Position numbers and translations under genes: made by a program. Shown piece after piece: positions 1 to 6,586 of a stretch of 31,363 bases of DNA. A model generated the notes under the pieces. That model was given only the letters and a program-made list of their open reading frames with translations. It searched no databases and was not told where the DNA came from. This DNA is from a virus (lineage: Duplodnaviria; Caudoviricetes), in the IMG/VR virus record IMGVR_UViG_3300029825_000035, positions 1 to 31,363 of that record, one strand, 5' to 3'. Within the stretch, counting starts at the first letter, position 1; each line of letters opens with the position of its first letter.

Positions 1-20
1 GTGCCGTCCAATGTAAAGCG

Positions 21-272
21 TTATCGCCTTACACCACCGGGGGATACTTCCACGTTCAAACACCCATCCACACAAGATGCAAAGCAATACGCCGTTTTAT
101 CCTCTCCGCTCGACCAATCAACACCAACAAATGCATTTGGCTTTAGATTATCGACGAACTTCTCTGCTTCTTTCCTTGTTCCAAACGCGTATCCCGTTTG
201 TTCCCAATGGTTGTTCCACCTCATGATTTCGTAAACACCAATCGAGTAATTGTATCTCACTTTATATTCCAT
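21..272 (-). CDS. hypothetical phage protein
   Basis: ORF 21..293; AGGAGG RBS upstream of the ATG at 272 (MEYKVRY...) suggests this start; overlaps the end of the HNH gene. Confidence 0.65.
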   Translation of the reverse strand: MEYKVRYNYSIGVYEIMRWNNHWEQTGYAFGTRKEAEKFVDNLKPNAFVGVDWSSGEDKTAYCFASCVDGCLNVEVSPGGVRR

Positions 273-657
273 GTTGTTTGTCCTCCTGTTCATCTATGAT
301 CCTTTGCACATCCACATACGGTATCGCACCACTCTCGCACATCTCGTGATGCACAGAGCAAACCAACAACAGGTTATCGTTGTCCAGTCTCTTGTCATAG
401 TCCACGTCCAACGGCACGGCATGATGCACTGAGCAGTTATCATACGTCAGTCTCGACACAGTGCCAGGTAGATTGCGCATGCAACACTGACACAGGTTCA
501 TGTCTCGTTGTCTGATCTCTTCCCGCTTCCTCTTCCATGCCGTCGTGTTACGGAACTTATCAGGCGTGCGCCCCTTGATCTTCTGATACACTGGCTTACG
601 TCCGCAGTCGTACTTACTATCATGCACACGCCCACAGTATTTACACGACCTCAGCAT
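262..657 (-). CDS. HNH endonuclease (packaging-associated type)
   Basis: CKYCG..H N-terminus, W...R..I..RD..LCQCC, SVHHAVP, LDNDNL..VCSVHH; typical position before terminase; start probably ATG 657 (MLRSC), ORF extends to 720. Confidence 0.9.
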   Translation of the reverse strand: MLRSCKYCGRVHDSKYDCGRKPVYQKIKGRTPDKFRNTTAWKRKREEIRQRDMNLCQCCMRNLPGTVSRLTYDNCSVHHAVPLDVDYDKRLDNDNLLLVCSVHHEMCESGAIPYVDVQRIIDEQEDKQHGI

Positions 658-910
658 TGTCAGTTCTGTAATGCTCCGTCTCTTCTCCCACGGTTGATAG
701 CATGACGCAGTGATCACCACTCATGAACGGGAACGAACGCTTGTCTACCTTCACTCTCTTTGCGTGTAGATTCATTACAGTCTGGCACGCAATGCAGCGT
801 CGTCCTACATTACCAAACCTACCATCGTTACCCACACACTTGCTCTCAATGCCAACTGACATATCATCATCGTACTCTTTGAGCACTTCCTTCAACTCAC
901 CTACTGTCAT
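641..910 (-). CDS. hypothetical phage protein
   Basis: 89 aa, MTVGELKEVLKEYDDDM..V N-terminus common in small phage proteins; AAGGAGG RBS. Confidence 0.75.
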   Translation of the reverse strand: MTVGELKEVLKEYDDDMSVGIESKCVGNDGRFGNVGRRCIACQTVMNLHAKRVKVDKRSFPFMSGDHCVMLSTVGEETEHYRTDNAEVV

Positions 911-979
911 TGCCCATCCTCCTTCATGTACAACACGACCGCATGAACATCTACATCCACGCGGTCGTCATGTTATATT

Positions 980-1070
980 CCCTGTCTCTTCCAGAGTTGT
1001 CACCGAACTACTGCTGCACTACTGAGTAATGCAGCCCCTTTGCAATCGTCACCGTCCGAAAACGGCAGGG
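980..1070 (-). ncRNA. putative structured non-coding RNA
   Basis: Hairpins CCGTT-TTCG-GACGG, CTGCATTA/TAGTGCAG and CTCTG-GAAGAGA-CAGGG; CCCTG..CAGGG could alternatively close the whole element. Confidence 0.45.
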
Positions 1071-1078
1071 TCTATTCA

Positions 1079-1152
1079 TGGAGCCAACGGAGTCGGTATG
1101 TCCAACTCTACCATGCCTTTACGGATTTCTAGTCCGTCAGGATCACGTCAGC
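1079..1152 (-). ncRNA. tRNA-like RNA lacking a D arm, anticodon-like AGA (Ser)
   Basis: 7-bp acceptor GCTGACG/CGTTGGC followed by T-CCA; anticodon arm ACGGA-CTAGAAA-TCCGT; hairpin GAGTTGG-ACATA-CCGACTC in the T-arm position. Confidence 0.55.
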
Positions 1153-1156
1153 ATAT

Positions 1157-1219
1157 ATAGCAACCAGAATTGCACTGGCGACGCGGTAAGAGTCGCGCTG
1201 CCTCTTTTACGCTTGAGGC
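1157..1219 (-). pseudogene. degenerate tRNA-like remnant, possibly tRNA-Lys(CTT)
   Basis: CGCGA-CTCTTA-C-CGCG resembles a Lys(CTT) anticodon arm; GCCAG-TGCAATT-CTGGT resembles a T arm; acceptor stem not intact. Confidence 0.35.
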
Positions 1220-1259
1220 ATATATAAAATAAAAAGGAGACATATGAAAAACAATCTAT

Positions 1260-1330
1260 TGGTGCCGGTGAACGGTATCGAACCGATGACATCCTGTATT
1301 ACCAGTGCTCTACCCCTGATCTACACCAGC
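1260..1330 (-). tRNA. pseudo-tRNA-Thr(GGT), 5' strand of anticodon stem missing
   Basis: GCTGGTG/CACCGGC acceptor plus ACCA; TAGATCAG..GGTAGAGCA D region; GGTTCGATACC T arm; loop CTGGTAA followed by TACAG with no 5' partner; 71 nt. Confidence 0.75.
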
Positions 1331-1339
1331 GTATTATAA

Positions 1340-1648
1340 CTACGGATCATCATTTAACGTTCCGCATCTTTTTGAAACATTCATGTAATGTTCGATTTTT
1401 TCAATTTTCTTTCCTAAATCTAAACCGCTTAAGTTCTGGTCGCATTCGATATGGCCCTCTCTTGCAAGCATAACTTCAGTCGCCCTTAAATCTTTCAACT
1501 CCTGTTTCAGATCGTAAGAGTTTGTCGTGCGCATAGGATCATCCGGATTGTATCCATCAAAACCAAATCGCAAGCACTTTGAAGCGGCCTGTTGAACTTC
1601 TGCTGCTTCCTCCATCAGGTGAATAAGTAGGTACTCAGTTTTGTTCAT
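1340..1648 (-). CDS. MazG-like nucleotide pyrophosphohydrolase
   Basis: LMEEAAEVQQAASKCLRFG ... LKQELKDL acidic helical motif; AAGGAGG RBS before ATG 1648. Confidence 0.7.
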   Translation of the reverse strand: MNKTEYLLIHLMEEAAEVQQAASKCLRFGFDGYNPDDPMRTTNSYDLKQELKDLRATEVMLAREGHIECDQNLSGLDLGKKIEKIEHYMNVSKRCGTLNDDP

Positions 1649-1809
1649 ATTTTCCTCCTTGCGATTCTTCAATTTCAGTAAATAGTATCATCTTACTTAT
1701 ATTTGCGGGCGACGGAGTATGGAATCGCGCCGCCCGCTTGAAAGGAGGCAAACAAAAAAGAGAGGTATAGACAGCAAGGGGGTCTTCCCCTCACCTTTCT
1801 ACAGCTTAT

Positions 1810-1838
1810 ACTATATCACAGATCAGTATAAACTTCTA
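1810..1838 (-). promoter_or_regulatory. putative activator-dependent late promoter (extended -10 TGA-TATAGT, weak -35)
   Basis: TGnTATAGT at 1810-1818 with TAGAAG 17 bp upstream of the -10; lies just downstream of the ArpU/RinA-like gene, where such promoters usually sit. Confidence 0.5.
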
Positions 1839-1999
1839 TCAACTGTTTCCATTTTTTCTAAATATTCTGAATATTTTTCATCGTCCAATTCATGGTATGG
1901 GCATTCTTCCCACTTACACTCATAAAATTTTCCTAGTCGATCCGTGCAATACTTACACCCTCGCTTGTTTATTTCGTCCAACGTCAATCTTCTGCTCAT
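1823..1999 (-). CDS. small Cys-rich hypothetical protein
   Basis: CKYC...CKWEECPY; ATG 1999 overlaps the upstream stop (ATGA). Confidence 0.65.
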   Translation of the reverse strand: MSRRLTLDEINKRGCKYCTDRLGKFYECKWEECPYHELDDEKYSEYLEKMETVDRSLY

Positions 2000-2451
2000 A
2001 CTCCAGCACCGCACTCAACTCCATCACGCTCAACTATCTCACGCTCTTTTAAAAGCTTGTCCACTTCCAAGAGCGCCTTGCCATGTAATTTACAAACCCA
2101 CTGATAAGTATAGCCCATACCTACTGCAATCTGCTCCCATGTCTCATAGCAGAAGTACCTCCGATATAGTACATCACACAATGCACCATTTATTCCATCA
2201 ATTATTTTCATCGCTTCATCTTTCAAATCCACAAGCCTGTCAATCTGCTCATTGATCTCTTCTTGCAGCTCAACAATTTTGCAGACAATTGTCCCCACTT
2301 TGTCGCTGTCTCCACCGCCACTCACTACATCGTCTTTCAACACGCTTGTCACTGATAATATCAGTTCTTTCAGACTCTGCACTTCTTGCAATTTATTCCG
2401 AATCAGGGTGTCGCATTTCCGAATCTGGCTCAAATAGCTTTTCGCTGTCAA
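1996..2451 (-). CDS. ArpU/RinA-like (DUF1492-like) late transcriptional activator
   Basis: MTAKSYLSQI N-terminus; C-terminal VLYRRY...TWEQIAVGMGYT....KLHGKAL sigma-region-4-like HTH; AAAGGAGG RBS with TTG start. Confidence 0.85.
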   Translation of the reverse strand: MTAKSYLSQIRKCDTLIRNKLQEVQSLKELILSVTSVLKDDVVSGGGDSDKVGTIVCKIVELQEEINEQIDRLVDLKDEAMKIIDGINGALCDVLYRRYFCYETWEQIAVGMGYTYQWVCKLHGKALLEVDKLLKEREIVERDGVECGAGV

Positions 2452-2473
2452 TTTTAATCCTCCTTTAATCGTG

Positions 2474-2836
2474 CGTTCACAATTTGTTCATAAACACCTA
2501 CATTTGTTCATAGTTCATTCACAACAACTATGCAAATCAATCGTTTATGAACCATTTGTTAATACTTTGTTCATAAAGTTCAAGATGGATAAACCTAGTC
2601 GAACACTATGCTGAACACCTTTTAGCGTTGATATATCAACGTTTTTCAGGGGTCAGTATCAAAAGTTCAAGATAAAACCCCTATACTCTATATATTTTTT
2701 ATTTTTTCTCTATATAGTCTATTTTAAAAATGTTATAAACATAGTGTTTGTGCATGAACAAGTTGAACTGCTCCATTTTTTGTTGATATATCAACGTTTT
2801 TTGCAGTTCAAGTTAGTATCAAAAGTTCAAGATGAA
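2474..2836. repeat. repeat- and AT-rich non-coding region, putative replication origin
   Basis: TTTGTTCATA x3, AAGTTCAAGAT x3, AGTATCAAAAGTTCAAGAT x2, palindrome GTTGATATATCAAC x2, central AT tract. Confidence 0.65.
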
Positions 2837-2839
2837 ACG

Positions 2840-3187
2840 TCATTTTTCTCTGATACTTCGATCTCGAATATTACGAACACTCACCACCGCAGGGTAACGG
2901 TCTTGGAAAGGCGCTAAATCTTCACCAAATATACGCCTTAAATTATTGTCCAGCACTTCAATTATATAGTCCCTTTCGGGGTCATTTGAACACACTTTGT
3001 CCAGCTCTTGCGCTTGATTTTGCCACGCTTCAAGGACGTCAGTAATACGCTTTTTCCCAAGCACACCGTGTCCCATTATTCCAATGTCGTTCAACACCAA
3101 TGCAAGAGCATCACAATCTATTTGTCTGGTGATTTCTTTCGCTGCATTGATTTCCGCGTTCCTTTGCTTTATAAATTCTTTGTTCAT
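2840..3187 (-). CDS. hypothetical phage protein
   Basis: ORF 2840..3229; likely start ATG 3187, coupled to the upstream small ORF by ATGA. Confidence 0.75.
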   Translation of the reverse strand: MNKEFIKQRNAEINAAKEITRQIDCDALALVLNDIGIMGHGVLGKKRITDVLEAWQNQAQELDKVCSNDPERDYIIEVLDNNLRRIFGEDLAPFQDRYPAVVSVRNIRDRSIREK

Positions 3188-3261
3188 TTCCCTGCACCAG
3201 CCATAGAATGAAGAATCACTCCGACACATATTCCCAGTACAAACGCCATTAAAACCGCCAT
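3184..3261 (-). CDS. 25-aa hydrophobic peptide (not in ORF track)
   Basis: GGAGG RBS; MAVLMAFVLGICVGVILHSMAGAGK*; ATGA overlap with the next gene. Confidence 0.6.
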   Translation of the reverse strand: MAVLMAFVLGICVGVILHSMAGAGK

Positions 3262-3319
3262 ATGCTTTCCTCCAAAATTAGAGGGCAGCGCCCAGCGTTT
3301 GAACGCTGCCCATTGTCGT

Positions 3320-3973
3320 TTATTCGTTAGTGGTTGAGGTGATCAGATAGTGATATTGAAGCGTTTTGATCCAATCGCAGAAAACGTGCCATTCATCCAG
3401 CTTGTGATCTTTCCGTGCATGGTAGATATTCCGCAGCACTTCATAGTTCAAGTAGATCGTCCGTCTTTGGTTGTAGCTCTCAGGCAGCAATTGAATCATA
3501 TTCCACCAATAATTTTTTCTGAAAATAGGATCGTTTTCCATATTGAACCACTTTCTATTTTCATTTAGCTCATCTACAATTTGCAACAGCAAGTTTGTTG
3601 CATTTGCGGAAGTCAGGTGTTCATGCGAAAAGTCTTCAAGTGCGAATTCTTTTGCAGCTATTTTGTGCATCGTAGAGCATGAATTTTTACTCACTCCGAC
3701 TGTGTAAGTATCAAATTGTTTCCACCAGTAAAGCGGTGCCACTACGTCAGCAGAAACATAAATCGAACGCATGAATTTCCTATGATCCTTGCCAGCATTT
3801 ACCAACTTTCTCATTAAAGCAAGGTCATTTGCTCCAACTTCAAATTGATACCTTCTTTCGTCAGAATTCCAATAGCCCACGCTGTCGGAATTGTCCCAGC
3901 TATTCATAGGATTTCGCATTCCACGAATGGCAGCATCCCAACCACATACGGAAGTATTCTCAATTTTAATCAT
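3320..3973 (-). CDS. divergent ThyX/Thy1-like (flavin-dependent thymidylate synthase fold) protein
   Basis: AAIRGMRNP, L...GKDHRKFMR, APLYWWKQFDTY, LLPESYNQ, NYEVLRNIYHARKDHKLDEW pattern resembles the ThyX C-terminal half; canonical RHR motif absent. Confidence 0.6.
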   Translation of the reverse strand: MIKIENTSVCGWDAAIRGMRNPMNSWDNSDSVGYWNSDERRYQFEVGANDLALMRKLVNAGKDHRKFMRSIYVSADVVAPLYWWKQFDTYTVGVSKNSCSTMHKIAAKEFALEDFSHEHLTSANATNLLLQIVDELNENRKWFNMENDPIFRKNYWWNMIQLLPESYNQRRTIYLNYEVLRNIYHARKDHKLDEWHVFCDWIKTLQYHYLITSTTNE

Positions 3974-4299
3974 TAAATATCACCTTCCTCTCTATTTTTT
4001 GAACGCTCAACTTCAAATCCGTCAGGATACCTTTTCCGTAGCTTGTCCACATTCATTTGCATGATCGTGTCCAAGTCATACCCCATTGCATAAGCGCCAA
4101 GGGCAATGTACCAAAGAATGTCTCCCAGTTCTTTTGCAAAATGTACTTCATCAAATGTTTGCCCTTGGAACATGGCCTTTTTGATCATATCCGCACATTC
4201 CCCAGACTCACCGCACAGCCCTAGAACTGCATTCTCCAAGTGGTTACCCTGTGCATTCATGGTTCTCATTGATTCCTTTTGATATTCGTTACCAGTCAT
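3973..4299 (-). CDS. MazG-like NTP pyrophosphohydrolase
   Basis: LGLCGESGECADMIKK ... ELGDILWY ... N..KL.KRYPDGF. Confidence 0.9.
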   Translation of the reverse strand: MTGNEYQKESMRTMNAQGNHLENAVLGLCGESGECADMIKKAMFQGQTFDEVHFAKELGDILWYIALGAYAMGYDLDTIMQMNVDKLRKRYPDGFEVERSKNREEGDI

Positions 4300-4449
4300 T
4301 TATTTATCCTCCCTACAAACTTCATATTGTGCCATTTCACCAGCTTCACGAGCTACCATATTTGCAACAAGAAGTAGCTCATATGCGCTCAAATCACTGT
4401 CCAGCATCATGTTTAAAACCTTTGCTTTCAAGTCGGTTACCTTCTCCAT
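4300..4449 (-). CDS. 49-aa hypothetical protein (not in ORF track)
   Basis: MEKVTDLKAKVLNMMLDSDLSAYELLLVANMVAREAGEMAQYEVCREDK*; fills the gap exactly, stop abuts the next ATG. Confidence 0.55.
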   Translation of the reverse strand: MEKVTDLKAKVLNMMLDSDLSAYELLLVANMVAREAGEMAQYEVCREDK

Positions 4450-4456
4450 GTCCACT

Positions 4457-4696
4457 TTATTCGTCCTCCACAATTTCCTCTGCTCTTAACTTCTTATTCT
4501 CTTCCCTTGCAATTTCATTTGCAATACTACTGGCAATCCAAGTTTTCCAAAAACTGTCAAGGCCAGTGTGCTGATAATGTGTTCCATATCCGGTCATACC
4601 TTCGCACTTGAACGTGTCTCTTTCTCTGAATTCAAACGGAACACCTAAAGCGTCACCGACTGCAAACCCATATACTGCATCTCTCAATTTGCTCAT
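4457..4696 (-). pseudogene. N-terminal fragment of ADP-ribosylglycohydrolase fused to an unrelated tail
   Basis: AVYGFAVGDALGVPFEF...GYGTHYQ is the ARH/DraG N-terminus; the expected G.WSDD motif and the rest of the domain are absent. Confidence 0.75.
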
Positions 4697-4699
4697 AAA

Positions 4700-6586
4700 T
4701 TACTCCTTTTCGTACATACTCACCAGTGTCCCCTTGATCCGTTTTCGCTTTACACACACTCCACAGCGCTTTGACAGCTCTTTGGAAAATGCAGATAGTG
4801 ACATTTCGTTGAATCCGTTTTCAACACAAAATATCCGATATGCTTTGTGAACGTCTTTCGTTGTATGGTTTACAATATCCCCCAAATCACGGTCTTTTAA
4901 CCATAGCATGATGGGATTATTTTCCAGTTCATAGTCTTCGATTTCTTTCGCAACTTTCTTTGACTGGGTGAAGTCTTGATTCTCAAGAACTCTTTTTAAT
5001 CCCGCTATCCCCAATTGAATCAAATATTCCATTGCTTCCTGTGTCTTCAATTTGTGGGTCAGCATGGAGTCATAGTCAGGATCATCCTTTGAGAATTTTG
5101 CATTGAATGGGATAATAACCAATCTTCTTTTGATTGCAGCGAACCCCCTTGAACGGATTCTTGGAAGGGCATTCGCAGAGAAAAAGAACTTTGCATAAGG
5201 TTTCATCGAAAATGTATCTTGCCCTTTATACTCTGCTTTGACAGTATTGCCAGAGACAAGCTTCCTGAATTTTGCAGTGCTGCGGCCATGCCAAAATTCG
5301 TCAGAAATATCATCACCAATATTGGCAAGTTTGCTTGCTAGGGAAGAAACTGAAAATCTTTCGTCTAATTCTTCCAAATCTAGGGAAGACTTATTTTGTT
5401 GCCCCACTACATTCCCAACCATGTCCAAAAACGTACTTTTGCCATTACAGCCATCACCGGTCAGAAAAAATGCCTTTGATAACTCGTTACGCCGATAGAA
5501 CGTATACCCTAGTGATTCTTCCAAAACCGCTCGAATCTCAGCGTCATTGCATGATACGTTGTCCAGTGTCTTGTCCACCAACTCACATTCTGCACTTGGG
5601 TTATAATCCCATGGTATTTTATTTGTAATTATGATTTCCGGTGAAAAATCCTCCAGTGTATTTGTCACCAAATTGTAAAGTCCGTTATTGAAAGCAATGT
5701 AATTCGCTTCTGCCATCGGCACATCTTCCGGACAAATGATTTCCAAATATTTCAAGACTTCTGTACGCTGCGCTGATTTCAGAGTTGGGATATATTCGAC
5801 CATCATAGACTCAATCTCTCTTGCACCCGGAACGTAAGTCCCATTTTTGTAAACGTGCAAAACTCCGTTAATGCGCTTTATGTCATTGTTATTTTTTAGA
5901 AAAATGGCAAAATTATTATGCAGGAACGCCTTGCCCTTGTAAAATGTTTCCTCTGGAAAAGCGCCATCTCTTGTGATAGTATCAATTTCGTCCTCTGAGA
6001 GTGGTTCTTTCAAAATGTATTCATTGATAATGTTGATACATTCCCGTGTCTCTGCCTTTGAAAACCCTGCATTCGTAAGTGCCAGAATGTAAGTATAAAG
6101 GCTTGTATTTCGTCCGTCCCCTTCTTCCATATTAAAGAAGTCAATTTTCGTGTTGACTGGGTGCAGCCACTTTGGCATTTTGGAAGTATCTTCATCATCG
6201 AACCAATGTTCTATTTCCCTCTTTTCACCGTCAATCTTCAAACACTCAACTGCATTTTTGTTTCCAACTTTTATATCAGCCAAAAGTCCACAGGCAAGCT
6301 TTTTCTTTATGCCCCCACTCTCAACTCCAGAATTTAAGAATGTAAAATGCCGTCCCTTTTTGGTTCTGATAACTTGACAATTCAAATGTCTTTCTTCCAC
6401 AATAGAGAGCAGAATTTCAGATTGTAAATCATCGTCAATATCAATCAAAATTGCTTCATCTGAAAGCACACCGCCGTATGACTCAAATTGCTGCACGTTC
6501 TCAAGCGTTCTAAAGTCCGTCACGCCATCAATGTAGTCCATGGGTCTTTTCCCATCGTTTTTCGTATAACCCTTGTATATACCCAT
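4700..6586 (-). CDS. P4-family primase-helicase (D5-like SF3)
   Basis: N-terminal LIDID...GRHF primase-like region; EGDGRN PriCT-like segment; IAFNNG, GDGCNGKST Walker A, FSAN.LP, RRLVIIPF. Confidence 0.92.
   Translation of the reverse strand: MGIYKGYTKNDGKRPMDYIDGVTDFRTLENVQQFESYGGVLSDEAILIDIDDDLQSEILLSIVEERHLNCQVIRTKKGRHFTFLNSGVESGGIKKKLACGLLADIKVGNKNAVECLKIDGEKREIEHWFDDEDTSKMPKWLHPVNTKIDFFNMEEGDGRNTSLYTYILALTNAGFSKAETRECINIINEYILKEPLSEDEIDTITRDGAFPEETFYKGKAFLHNNFAIFLKNNNDIKRINGVLHVYKNGTYVPGAREIESMMVEYIPTLKSAQRTEVLKYLEIICPEDVPMAEANYIAFNNGLYNLVTNTLEDFSPEIIITNKIPWDYNPSAECELVDKTLDNVSCNDAEIRAVLEESLGYTFYRRNELSKAFFLTGDGCNGKSTFLDMVGNVVGQQNKSSLDLEELDERFSVSSLASKLANIGDDISDEFWHGRSTAKFRKLVSGNTVKAEYKGQDTFSMKPYAKFFFSANALPRIRSRGFAAIKRRLVIIPFNAKFSKDDPDYDSMLTHKLKTQEAMEYLIQLGIAGLKRVLENQDFTQSKKVAKEIEDYELENNPIMLWLKDRDLGDIVNHTTKDVHKAYRIFCVENGFNEMSLSAFSKELSKRCGVCVKRKRIKGTLVSMYEKE

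Noticed and set aside
1010-1070. Twister ribozyme (TAATGCAGC on the plus strand) or theta/HDV-like ribozyme after the tRNA-like element
   Set aside because: The remaining conserved core and pseudoknot pairings could not be found by eye
2633-2646. IHF site (TATCAA-N4-TTT)
   Set aside because: Imperfect match to WATCAAN4TTR, and the likely host is a Firmicute without classical IHF; treated instead as an unassigned palindrome
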